A stretch of 64,000 nt of DNA, from positions 104,156-168,155 of the forward strand of contig CAZRXF010000001.1 in the NCBI GenBank assembly GCA_964604015.1. The letters are read 5' to 3'. The DNA comes from an uncultured Pseudomonadota bacterium. GTDB taxonomy: Bacteria; Babelota; Babeliae; Babelales; CAIQNR01. Within the stretch, counting starts at the first letter, position 1. The number at the start of each line of letters is the position of its first letter. Position numbers and translations under genes: made by a program. Of the stretch, positions 9,454 to 18,152 are shown in pieces. Under the pieces are notes generated by a model, which was not told the DNA's origin, ran no database searches, and saw nothing but the letters and a program-made list of their open reading frames with translations.

Positions 9454-11076
9454 TTAGAAGGCGCGGGTTGAGGTCAGAAGCTCATTGATCTTTTTTGCAT
9501 GCGTATTGAAAGCATCAACATAACCTTTTGCCTCAGCAAGGGCAGCCTCTTCTGCTGGAGTTAATGGAGCGCCGGTAAATTTCAGTGTCTTATATTCCGT
9601 GAAAACATCCGTGAAAGCAGTCAGGTTTTTATAAAAATCGGCAAGGTACTGCTTATTCTTTTTGATGGCTTGCACATCCTTCTCTCTACTTTGCATTTTA
9701 TCAAGGTATGTTTCGACTTCTTTTTTAACCGGCTTGAGTGAGATAATAAGGGGTTCAAGAACATCAAGATCCGCTTTGTCAGGTGCTGTTTTTGACTTCA
9801 CTTTGTCTGCAATTCTCATGAGTGGTTCTTTGTTGCGAGCGAAGTCCTGGTTCATACCGCTTAAATCTTTTTCTATTTTTTTAAGTTGTTCATGAGGGGA
9901 AAGTTGGACATCGCCAACTTCCTGATCACGCTTTTCTTTGGTGTCTTTTCCTTTGTCGTCAGCTTTACCCGCTCCTGCAGCTCCGCCGGCCTTCGGAGCT
10001 TTTTGTCCATCTTTTTGCGCGGCTTTGAGCTTTTCATTATTTTGTTGGAACTGTTGTTGTGCTGGAGAGGCTCCTGAAGGCATGCCACCAGGGCGATATG
10101 CAGGTTGTTGCATACCACCACTACCATAGCCACCGCGAGATGCTTGCTGTGCTTGAGAGCGCATTTGTGGGTGAGTAACGGGGGATGGTTTTGCAAAATG
10201 CCCGGTGTTGGTGGTGGAGAGTTTCTTGATTTGTTCACCGGCTTTTTTCTGTTGTTCCTCTATCTGTTTTTTGATCTGCAGTGCTTCTTGATCATGTTTT
10301 TTAAACAAGTTTTCGATATCAGTAAGGAGCGTTTCACTGGTAAAGGCATTGCTCATGTAGACTTTAAATTCCTGAAGGAGTGAAGCTGCTTTCTTCAAAT
10401 CTTGGGTACGAGATGCGGCGGTCGTTTTAGCGCTTGGTGTCCGTAGGCCAAGGTGAGGTACAGTTAAATTTGCATCGAATTCTTCAAGCATGGATGACAT
10501 TTTACGCAGCTTCGTTTTCAGTGCCGCAAACTCTTTTTCGGCAAAGTGTTTGAGATGGCGATCGTAATCCAAACGATTAACGTAGGCAGCTAAAAGATCA
10601 AGTTCTTGTTGGATCGGTGCCAGGTGTGGGTGCAACGTTTCATCACTGGCTGCTTTTTGCCTGATGGAAGCAAGAGATTCACCGAGTGATTTGATCATCC
10701 GAGTTAAGGATTCACGCTCTTTCTTGGTTGGTTCATCGATAGAAGGTTTTGCCTTGTCTTGCTTTGGTGCCTCTGGTTGCTTGGTCGGTTGAGGGGCAGG
10801 TAGTGGAGCAGGAGCGGGTGCAGGAAATGTTTTGGCAATTTCATCAAGATCATAGCCACTTTGTTTGAACATCTGCTTGCCCAGTTCTTCGTAGTATTTG
10901 ATTTCTTCGGGGGACATTTTGGCAAGGTCATCCATCAATTTATCAAGCTCTTTTGGGTCCATGCTGTTAAGAAGCTCAAAGGGATCAATTTGAGGAACGT
11001 TTTGAACGGGGCCTTGGGTAAACCCAAAAAGAAGAGGCGCGAAAGTAAAAAAAATCAACGAGAGAAACTTTTTCAT
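9454..11076 (-). CDS. Secreted low-complexity/coiled-coil hypothetical protein
   Basis: 540 aa with the signal peptide MKKFLSLIFFTFAPLLFGFTQG. It contains a PAPAPAPLPAPQP tract, a Gly/Gln/Pro-rich segment (GGYGSGGMQQPAYRPGGMPSGASPAQQQFQQ) and K/E-rich helical regions. No recognised domain. Confidence 0.6.
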   Translation of the reverse strand: MKKFLSLIFFTFAPLLFGFTQGPVQNVPQIDPFELLNSMDPKELDKLMDDLAKMSPEEIKYYEELGKQMFKQSGYDLDEIAKTFPAPAPAPLPAPQPTKQPEAPKQDKAKPSIDEPTKKERESLTRMIKSLGESLASIRQKAASDETLHPHLAPIQQELDLLAAYVNRLDYDRHLKHFAEKEFAALKTKLRKMSSMLEEFDANLTVPHLGLRTPSAKTTAASRTQDLKKAASLLQEFKVYMSNAFTSETLLTDIENLFKKHDQEALQIKKQIEEQQKKAGEQIKKLSTTNTGHFAKPSPVTHPQMRSQAQQASRGGYGSGGMQQPAYRPGGMPSGASPAQQQFQQNNEKLKAAQKDGQKAPKAGGAAGAGKADDKGKDTKEKRDQEVGDVQLSPHEQLKKIEKDLSGMNQDFARNKEPLMRIADKVKSKTAPDKADLDVLEPLIISLKPVKKEVETYLDKMQSREKDVQAIKKNKQYLADFYKNLTAFTDVFTEYKTLKFTGAPLTPAEEAALAEAKGYVDAFNTHAKKINELLTSTRAF

Positions 11077-11262
11077 AACACGGCTCCTAAGAATTTTCTT
11101 TTATTAAAAAGTAAGGAATTAGTTTAAAAGACGGGTTTTTCAAAGTCAAAGTCTTTGCCCGGGCAGGGGTTGTTTTCATGTAGAATACGGAGTACAGTGA
11201 AAATTGTTGTAAAATCGAGTCAAGCTCTAGGCTCCTGGCTCATGTAACCGAGGAAACAGCAT

Positions 11263-11406
11263 ATGAAAACATTCCTTTTTGCAAATGAATGCGATTGTTC
11301 AGACGAATGCTACTGCGACGATGAAGATGACTGCGACGATTGCGATTGTGATTTTGAAGATGATGAAGACGAAGATGAGTGTGATGGGTGCGAGGACTGG
11401 GAGTAA
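11263..11406 (+). CDS. Unannotated small ORF: 47-aa highly acidic, cysteine-rich peptide
   Basis: The ATG at 11263 is preceded by AGGAAA (11251-11256). Translation is MKTFLFANECDCSDECYCDDEDDCDDCDCDFEDDEDEDECDGCEDWE, with stop TAA at 11404-11406. It has nine Cys and more than half Asp/Glu. It is absent from the ORF track because it is under 60 aa. The repetitive GAT/GAC/TGC codon content means a chance ORF cannot be excluded. Confidence 0.4.
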   Translation: MKTFLFANECDCSDECYCDDEDDCDDCDCDFEDDEDEDECDGCEDWE

Positions 11407-12662
11407 CAGCTAAAAGCTTCACATCGTACGTTCTTACTACTGTTTCGGCGGCGTTTTACGCCGCTTCTTTTTTGTCTGAAATTTGTTGGTTTTTTTGTTT
11501 TTTTTCTCTGTCCCCTCTTTTTCTTATCCGTTCTTTGTCGTGGCGCGCTGCTTTTTTTCACGGACTGTTGTGGGGATTTGTCGCCTATACCGCTGTGATC
11601 AGCGCTCTGCTTGACGTGATGTGGCGCTTGGGGAATAGCTCTGATGTTATATGGTACATGGTCGCGTTCGTCGCCTACTTTGCGGTCTTTTCTAGCGTTT
11701 GGTTTTGTATTGCACGTATGGTGGCGCTTCTAACACAGTCATGGCAAGTAGGGTGGTTGGTAAGCTCGTTTGTTTACTGGGCCTGGGTGCAGGTTGGTTT
11801 TTTTTATTTCATCACGGGACGGTTGCAGGGATACGGCCTCGCGCTGCCCTTTGTGCCGGTGATGGAATACCCTGCATTGCTTTCATTCTTACCCATGATC
11901 CGGTGGTGGGGAATGCTTGCAGTGCTGCTTGTGGTTTACCTGGCAGTTGCTCAGAAAAAATGGTGGCTGATAACGCTAGGCATTCTTTTTTTTGCAGGAA
12001 GTTACGGATATGCGATGTGGCACAAGCAGGAAGAAAAGAAGTGTGAGAATATTGCTCTTATTTCAGGAAGGTTTGTATCTGCCATTGCGTATGAACGGGC
12101 CCATGAAGTCTGTGAAAAGTTGCTTGAAGCGGAGCGACAAAATCACCAGGCACAACTGCTTGTGCTGCCAGAATCTGCGTTTCCGCATCCTTTAAATGAG
12201 CATGGGTATGCGCTTGAGATGTGGTCGAACAATGGGAAGTTGCACGAAAAATATCTGGTCGTAGGAACTCATTATGCGTGTGAGCGATGCGGGAGTTTGC
12301 ATAACAGTGCTTGTGTTATTCATGCAGGGCACGTGATCTACCGATACGATAAGCGTTGGATGCTGCCGTTTTTTGAAGAAGAGGTTTTTGCCACCGGGGA
12401 ATCTCCTTTTTTACACGACAAAAAAGAGATGCAGTCTGGGTGTAAGCAAGAATCGATCTTTGCGATTCCTGAAGTAGGACTGGTTAATTTCTGTATCTGT
12501 TCAGAACTTCTCTGGGATATGCCGAAACAAAAAACGGTGATCGCATTGGTCCATGACGGGCATTACCGTTATTCGTACTTTCCTCGCCTTTTTAAACGGT
12601 ATGCGCAGATGCGATCTTTAGAGAAGCAAAGTCAGCTGCTCTACTGTGGGTGGAGGATATAA
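11388..12662 (+). CDS. lnt: Apolipoprotein N-acyltransferase-like protein (short form)
   Basis: It has an N-terminal polytopic membrane region and a C-terminal CN-hydrolase domain with LLVLPESAFP (catalytic Glu context) and FCICSELLW (catalytic Cys context). At 424 aa it is shorter than E. coli Lnt. The GTG start at 11388 is uncertain and overlaps the small acidic ORF by 19 nt. Confidence 0.6.
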   Translation: MRGLGVTAKSFTSYVLTTVSAAFYAASFLSEICWFFCFFSLSPLFLIRSLSWRAAFFHGLLWGFVAYTAVISALLDVMWRLGNSSDVIWYMVAFVAYFAVFSSVWFCIARMVALLTQSWQVGWLVSSFVYWAWVQVGFFYFITGRLQGYGLALPFVPVMEYPALLSFLPMIRWWGMLAVLLVVYLAVAQKKWWLITLGILFFAGSYGYAMWHKQEEKKCENIALISGRFVSAIAYERAHEVCEKLLEAERQNHQAQLLVLPESAFPHPLNEHGYALEMWSNNGKLHEKYLVVGTHYACERCGSLHNSACVIHAGHVIYRYDKRWMLPFFEEEVFATGESPFLHDKKEMQSGCKQESIFAIPEVGLVNFCICSELLWDMPKQKTVIALVHDGHYRYSYFPRLFKRYAQMRSLEKQSQLLYCGWRI

Positions 12663-12663
12663 A

Positions 12664-12690
12664 AAAAGGGACCTTTAAAAGATCCCTTTT
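12664..12690. terminator. Bidirectional terminator hairpin between convergent genes
   Basis: AAAAGGGA (12664-12671) is the perfect complement of TCCCTTTT (12683-12690), with an 11-nt loop. The A/T runs are built into the stem ends. Confidence 0.55.
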
Positions 12691-12711
12691 AGTTTGTTTC
12701 ACGAAGTGAAT

Positions 12712-13800
12712 TTATTCTTCTCCACCGCCAGTTCCCATTTCTTCTGCTAGAGCTTTATCAGCGGCTTCCTGAGCAGCAGAGCGAGGTGCGCGCGGTTGTG
12801 GTCGTACCAATGGAGTAACAGCTAAAGCGGGCTCATTTCCACCCGTTTCATTTCTACTTAATGCCGCCACGAAACTATCCCTCTCCGCTTGTGTGAGATG
12901 GTCGGTCTGTAGAAGTTGTTCTATTTCAGTCGTTAATTCCTGGCGATCGCTATTGGGGAGGTATGAGTTTGCAAGGAGTTCTTGTGCCTCTTTAAAAAGG
13001 GTTGCTCGCGAGTCGATGATACAGTTGTTGAATTCAGTGTGTATTCCTCGACGAATTGCCTTAAGAGGTCGTAGTACCATTTTTTTTGCCCAAAATTCTT
13101 GGCTTTTTGTTTCTACATCAATCATCTTTCTTAATTGTGCAATTATTGCATCGATGTCGGCATCTAAAGTTACATCGGTTGCTTTTTCCAGATAATGGGG
13201 AATAGTCGCATCGTATGGCCATGTTCTAATCGATACCGGATTGAGTCGGCCGAGATGGTTCGCGTAGTTGTCAAGAAGCAACTTGAGTCGTTGACGTTCT
13301 TCGCTCGCTCTTGCTGATCCAAGAACGTTTCTTATAGCATCATCTTGTACATCAAAATAGGGGTCAGGAGAGTGAATAGATAGTACATTATTAACATAGG
13401 AGTAAGGATAGCGAATATTTCCGTCTACCATATAAAAGCGAATAAACAGGTCTTGCACCCGCATACCTCGACTTGCAAGTATCGCAAAATAATTTACGAA
13501 TGCTTGTCGTTGTAAGATATATCGGGCTTCATCAATTCCTATGTTCCCTGTCCTTGCAACATTCCTTGCTTCTTCCTCAATTTGTTCTTGATTCCAAAAA
13601 TCACGTGTACCTATATAACCTCTGTCTGTGTCTCCTCCACTGCCTATCATGTCTTCGGGATTTTCGAAAAGACTGTGTTGCGCTCTTTCTCTGGCAGATT
13701 GAAGATTCATCCCAAAAGGAAGATGAATTTCTGCGTGCATTGCGTGCAGAGATCCTGCGCTGGTTATTAAAATTGTAAGTATCAGTAACTGTTTTTTCAT
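12712..13800 (-). CDS. Secreted hypothetical protein
   Basis: 362 aa with the signal peptide MKKQLLILTILITSAGSLHA. It has a C-terminal Pro/Ala-rich acidic tail. No recognised domain. Confidence 0.6.
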   Translation of the reverse strand: MKKQLLILTILITSAGSLHAMHAEIHLPFGMNLQSARERAQHSLFENPEDMIGSGGDTDRGYIGTRDFWNQEQIEEEARNVARTGNIGIDEARYILQRQAFVNYFAILASRGMRVQDLFIRFYMVDGNIRYPYSYVNNVLSIHSPDPYFDVQDDAIRNVLGSARASEERQRLKLLLDNYANHLGRLNPVSIRTWPYDATIPHYLEKATDVTLDADIDAIIAQLRKMIDVETKSQEFWAKKMVLRPLKAIRRGIHTEFNNCIIDSRATLFKEAQELLANSYLPNSDRQELTTEIEQLLQTDHLTQAERDSFVAALSRNETGGNEPALAVTPLVRPQPRAPRSAAQEAADKALAEEMGTGGGEE

Positions 13801-13965
13801 AATAAGCTCCTAATTATTTATAGTATTTCAATTTGAATATAAATAAGTTTCTTGATTGATTGCAAGGGTTGCTTACGGAAAGGCTTGTCTTGAGCAATTC
13901 TCTAGAAAAAAACGTGAAATATTTTTATACTTGAAATAGATGGTTTCATTGTAAAGGGGATCAAC

Positions 13966-14124
13966 ATGAAAAATATGATAAACGTTTTGCTATCTTGGTT
14001 TTCAAGCTTATTTTCAAAGCGTCAGGCTCAAAAAGTGTGTGTTCTTGCATGCAAACTTGAGGAGAGTAAGCAGGAGGCTCAGAAATACGGCAATCAAAAG
14101 GAACTGTCTCGACGTTGGCGTTGA
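13966..14124 (+). CDS. Possible small ORF (52 aa) upstream of rplI
   Basis: The ATG at 13966 is preceded by AGGGGA with a 5-nt spacer. Translation is MKNMINVLLSWFSSLFSKRQAQKVCVLACKLEESKQEAQKYGNQKELSRRWR. It lies in an otherwise ORF-free 460-bp gap. No homology recognised. Confidence 0.25.
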   Translation: MKNMINVLLSWFSSLFSKRQAQKVCVLACKLEESKQEAQKYGNQKELSRRWR

Positions 14125-14260
14125 TACGTACGTATGCTTCAAAACCTTGATCAGGAAGTAAATTCTCTGAAGTAAGGCGAAATCACAATTCTCGTTTTCC
14201 AGTTTTGTTTTTTTCTTTATACTAAGGGCAGTTTTTAAACTCGTAGACGAGGGTTCTTCC

Positions 14261-14719
14261 ATGAAAGTATACATGCTCAAAGACGTTCAAAATGTTGGGT
14301 TGGCGGGGGAAATTGTCAAAGTAGCAGAAGGGTATGCGCTTAATTTTCTTATCCCACGTAAATTGGCAGTAAAGGCTACTGAGGGGCATGAAGTGCTCGC
14401 TCAAAAGCACAAACGGGACATTGTTAACCGACAAGAAGTGCTTTCTTCAAAAACTTCTATGCTTGCCGAAAAGATTAAAACATTGAGCTTAGTGCTTAAG
14501 CGCAAAGTGCATGATGACGGAAAACTGTATGGTGCGGTTAATGCAATAGAAGTTGTTGAATTGATGGCGGCAAATGGTGTGGCTGTTGCAAAGAGCCAGA
14601 TTGAGTTTGACAAGAACATCAAGGAAAAAGGCACCTTTGAAGTCACCGTAAAATTGACCAGCAAATTGAAACCGAAAGTTATGCTCAAGGTTGTGCCAGA
14701 AGCAACAGCTGCGCATTAG
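14261..14719 (+). CDS. rplI: 50S ribosomal protein L9
   Basis: The N-terminus MKVYMLKDVQNVGLAGEIVKVAEGYALNFLIPRKLA is the canonical L9 N-domain. Length is 152 aa. Confidence 0.95.
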   Translation: MKVYMLKDVQNVGLAGEIVKVAEGYALNFLIPRKLAVKATEGHEVLAQKHKRDIVNRQEVLSSKTSMLAEKIKTLSLVLKRKVHDDGKLYGAVNAIEVVELMAANGVAVAKSQIEFDKNIKEKGTFEVTVKLTSKLKPKVMLKVVPEATAAH

Positions 14720-14736
14720 GTTTGTAGTATACGTGC

Positions 14737-16110
14737 ATGATGAACACTCAAAAGGAATTTCTTCCCCGTAAAGTTGAGAACGCAGAACGAGTGCTTGGAA
14801 AAAAGCTTCCTTGTTCGCTAGAAGCGGAAAAAGCTGTCCTGGGCGCTCTTCTTTTAAATGATGAGAATGTGGCGCAGGTGGTTGAGTTACTGCAACCGCA
14901 GGATTTTTATGTTCCGTCACATCGCGTTATTTATCAGGCTATCGTTGAGATTGCTCAACGGATGGAGCGGGTTGATCTGGTAACGCTGCAAGATGTACTT
15001 GATAGAAAGGGGCAGCTTGAAACGATCGGCGGGGTGGTAGCATTACTTTCCCTGCAGGAAGATATTCCTTCGTTGGGGTTGGTTTCTCAGCACGCAAAGA
15101 TTATCAAAGAAAAAGCTGTTCTGCGTGATCTGATTAATTCAGCAAGTGTCATCATAGCGTCATGCTTTAATCAAGAAGATCGAGAAATTAATTCGGTTCT
15201 TGATGAAGCAGAAAAAACTATTTTTCAGATATCAAACAAGCGTGCTGAACAAAATTTTGTGCAGCTAAATATTTGGGTCAAAAAGACGTTCCAGCATTTG
15301 AACGACATTAAAAGTAGCAGTGGCGGATTGACTGGTATTGCTTCTGGATACAGCATTCTTGACCAGATGACTTCTGGTTTTCAAAAGGGCGATCTGGTTA
15401 TTCTTGCGGCTCGACCTTCCATGGGTAAGACGGCGCTTGCACTCAACATTGGTGCACATGTGGCTGCTAACGGGTTGCATGTTGGTGTGTTTTCGTTGGA
15501 AATGGGTGGCGAACAGTTAACACTACGTCTTCTTTCAGCTGAATCGAACATTGCGCATCACAATATCAGGAATGCGACGATTACATCAGATGAGTGGGTT
15601 GAGTTGATCAATGCAGCTTCACGTCTTTCTGAACGGAGGTTGTATATCGATGATACAGCCGGCCTTGATATCATGTCGTTGCGCGCTAAGGCGCGTAAGT
15701 TGAAGGCGCAACATGGTATTGATTTCTTGGTCGTCGACTATTTGCAAATGCTGCACAGTAGCAAGCGTCATGAAAATAGACACCAGGAAGTTTCTGAAAT
15801 TTCACGTGCATTAAAAGCGCTTGCAAAAGAACTACAGGTTCCGATACTTGCGCTGTCTCAGCTTTCTCGTGCGGTTGATAGTCGTATGGATAAGCGACCT
15901 ATGCTTTCAGATTTGCGTGAATCGGGTGCTATCGAGCAGGATGCTGACGTCATTATGTTCTTGTATCGAGACGTTGTGTATAATCCCGACACGGAAAATC
16001 CTGCGCTGGCAGAACTCATTGTGGGAAAACAACGTAACGGTCCAACAGGGACGGTACAGCTCCAGTTCTTGAGAGAGCTGACAAAGTTCGAAGATCTCGA
16101 GGGTTTTTGA
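14737..16110 (+). CDS. dnaB: Replicative DNA helicase
   Basis: 457 aa. Blocks present: LPCSLEAEKAVLGALLL, Walker A ARPSMGKTALALN, FSLEM, VVDYLQM, ALSQLSR and IVGKQRNGPTG. Confidence 0.95.
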   Translation: MMNTQKEFLPRKVENAERVLGKKLPCSLEAEKAVLGALLLNDENVAQVVELLQPQDFYVPSHRVIYQAIVEIAQRMERVDLVTLQDVLDRKGQLETIGGVVALLSLQEDIPSLGLVSQHAKIIKEKAVLRDLINSASVIIASCFNQEDREINSVLDEAEKTIFQISNKRAEQNFVQLNIWVKKTFQHLNDIKSSSGGLTGIASGYSILDQMTSGFQKGDLVILAARPSMGKTALALNIGAHVAANGLHVGVFSLEMGGEQLTLRLLSAESNIAHHNIRNATITSDEWVELINAASRLSERRLYIDDTAGLDIMSLRAKARKLKAQHGIDFLVVDYLQMLHSSKRHENRHQEVSEISRALKALAKELQVPILALSQLSRAVDSRMDKRPMLSDLRESGAIEQDADVIMFLYRDVVYNPDTENPALAELIVGKQRNGPTGTVQLQFLRELTKFEDLEGF

Positions 16111-16152
16111 TAAAACGCGCATAGCAACGGCAGATAAAAAAGGGGAGCTGCA

Positions 16153-16644
16153 ATGGTGTTACTTGGTGTCGATCCAGGGTTTCGTTACGCCGGTTTTGGG
16201 ATCATACGCAAAGAGTTACAACGTACGGTTGTTGCCGATTACGGGTATTTGCGTTTACCCCAGACCAAGACACTTATTGAGCGAACCGGCATGTTCCATG
16301 CATTCTTCGAAGAGAAAATAAAAGTATACAACGTTACTCATCTTTCGCTTGAGACACCGTTCTTGGGAAAGAACTCGCAGAGCTTTTTAAAGCTTGGGTA
16401 TTTGCGTGGCATTCTTTATTTGCTTGCGCATACGCATGCTTTAGAAGTTCATGAATTTGCTCCTCGTCAGGTTAAGCAGGCGGTAACCGGTTTTGGGGGG
16501 GCAAGCAAGGAACAAGTAGCGACCGTTATTGGGCGGCTTTTTCCTAAACTTTCTGAACAATGCAAACACGATGTTACGGACGCGTTGGCAATTACGCTGT
16601 GTGGCATGTGGGCAGTGAAACAACATCCGATGCAAGGAAGATGA
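16153..16644 (+). CDS. ruvC: Crossover junction endodeoxyribonuclease RuvC
   Basis: 163 aa. It has the N-terminal LGVDPGFRYAGFGII (catalytic Asp) and the C-terminal HDVTDALAITLC. Confidence 0.9.
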   Translation: MVLLGVDPGFRYAGFGIIRKELQRTVVADYGYLRLPQTKTLIERTGMFHAFFEEKIKVYNVTHLSLETPFLGKNSQSFLKLGYLRGILYLLAHTHALEVHEFAPRQVKQAVTGFGGASKEQVATVIGRLFPKLSEQCKHDVTDALAITLCGMWAVKQHPMQGR

Positions 16645-16648
16645 AGAG

Positions 16649-16674
16649 GTGATTGGAAAAAATCACTTTTTTTT
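16649..16674 (+). terminator. Rho-independent terminator after ruvC
   Basis: GTGATT (16649-16654) pairs with AATCAC (16661-16666) across a 6-nt loop, followed by eight T (16667-16674). Confidence 0.65.
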
Positions 16675-16882
16675 ATATGTCATATAATGTCTGATAATAC
16701 CTATTATGTTGTGACAAGAGGGGGCGAGCTTAATTCGATAATCATTAAGCTTATTTGAGTCGTATTTTTATCAATTTTTGAACTTTATGATGTGTTTAAA
16801 TAAGCGTGGCGGCGATCAGACGCTGGCTTCATTGGGCAGTTCGCGCTGGGGCGTCTTCTCTTTCCACGCTTGCGGTTTCGCG

Positions 16883-18097
16883 TTATGACATCGTCCCATC
16901 TTGCAGCATGGGAAAGGTAAAAATCTGTTCGCCAGCGTCCCCGTCTTGCATTGTTGGGCCTTCGGCCAAGGAATTTTCTTCTGTTTTTACCATTCCTCCG
17001 CAGAATCCTTGCTGATTATAAAAATAAGGAGTGAAGAAATACCGCTCAAGGGCGCCTTGTGCCAGACACGTGCTTGAAGCCTCCAACGTGTTGTACCGAT
17101 ACACGTTCAAGTACCCTTCTTGAGAGGCGCTTACGTAAAAAATGAAATTTCCTTGATAGTTGGGTAATAACCTCAAAATGGCTTCGTAAAGCCGTTGTTC
17201 CCCGTATAAAAGTGTGAGCGGTATGGAGAACGTAAATAATTTTTTTGCGACCCACTTTCTTCCCACTGTCTCTTGTGTGAAATGCCAACATTCAAAAACC
17301 ATCACCTTTTCGTACCGTTCAATAAAGGGATGATCGATATGCTTCAAAAAGTAGCCTTCTGTTTCACTTTTCATAGTGAGGAAGGTAAGCACCTGATCGG
17401 ATTGATTGCAGGTAAAAAGAACGTCAGCTTTTTTATCAGAAACACATGATCGAGGCATGTCTTGATCGGCAAAATCTATTTTTTCAGCAGCGGTAATCTC
17501 ATTATTTTGAAAATGTGCTTCACATGAAGAAATTTCACTCGTCGGATACATTGTTCTTTCTATCGAGCACTCTCCCTGATCGGTTCGTTTTATATAAAAA
17601 AGTGAGGAGCCAACTTTTTGAGGATAGGTATAGTCGCAATTAGTAGCACGCGCTATACGATATAAATTTCCTTCTGCAGTGATGTGAAAGATTCCGAAGT
17701 TATGGTGTTCCCGGGCGCTGCAATAACAATTTTCATCATCAATCCAGTACACCAATCCAAAATCATAGAGAGGATACATATCAAGCGCCTTAGGAGATTT
17801 TTTTGAGAGTGATTTTATTCGGATGCGCTCATGATCAATGAAACTAAACTGTGTTCGTGATGGTACTATCGTCAATCCTGCCGGAGCATAATGGGAAAGC
17901 CCTTTAACTGCCTGTTGCGTAAGAGGATCCCAAAGCCAGAGTTCAAGATGGGCATTTTGCTGGTACAACACAATGACTCGCTCAGAATCTTCAAAAAGAA
18001 CGGAACCAACAGGATACAGATACTCTGATCGAGAAAAAAGTGACGCGGCGTGAGCGCACATCATAAGAAGCATAAGATACCTACAAAAATCATTCAT
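16883..18097 (-). CDS. Secreted hypothetical protein (beta-rich, possibly propeller-like)
   Basis: I moved the start to the ATG at 18097, preceded by AGGAG with a 6-nt spacer. This gives MNDFCRYLMLLMMCAHAASLFS (signal peptide) and removes the overlap with the upstream protease gene. The body is rich in aromatic/beta-type segments. No confident family. Confidence 0.6.
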   Translation of the reverse strand: MNDFCRYLMLLMMCAHAASLFSRSEYLYPVGSVLFEDSERVIVLYQQNAHLELWLWDPLTQQAVKGLSHYAPAGLTIVPSRTQFSFIDHERIRIKSLSKKSPKALDMYPLYDFGLVYWIDDENCYCSAREHHNFGIFHITAEGNLYRIARATNCDYTYPQKVGSSLFYIKRTDQGECSIERTMYPTSEISSCEAHFQNNEITAAEKIDFADQDMPRSCVSDKKADVLFTCNQSDQVLTFLTMKSETEGYFLKHIDHPFIERYEKVMVFECWHFTQETVGRKWVAKKLFTFSIPLTLLYGEQRLYEAILRLLPNYQGNFIFYVSASQEGYLNVYRYNTLEASSTCLAQGALERYFFTPYFYNQQGFCGGMVKTEENSLAEGPTMQDGDAGEQIFTFPMLQDGTMS

Positions 18098-18152
18098 GCC
18101 TGACTCCTGTTTTGACTGTTCGGTTCTAACGGTATGGTTAAAAGATAGCCAT

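Noticed and set aside
11263-11406. Reading the Cys-rich peptide as a SCIFF-type or other RiPP precursor
   Set aside because: No radical-SAM, cyclase or protease maturase gene is adjacent, and the peptide lacks a recognisable leader/core organisation. I kept it only as a candidate metal-binding small protein.
11240-11561. Minus-strand ORFs 11240-11422 and 11310-11561 (His/Arg-rich and Ser/Lys-rich)
   Set aside because: They are mirror-frame artefacts of the GAY/TGY codon repeat of the small acidic ORF and of the lnt-like 5' region. They overlap a well-supported plus-strand gene.
16802-16872. tRNA-like GC-rich element downstream of the 16883 ORF (AAGCGTGG...CCACGCTT closing helix)
   Set aside because: It has no T-loop (GTTCRANNC) or D-loop signature, position 8 is not U, and the acceptor stem is imperfect. 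It is more likely a structured 3' region or terminator for the minus-strand gene. The plus-strand ORF 16806-17015 across it is implausible.
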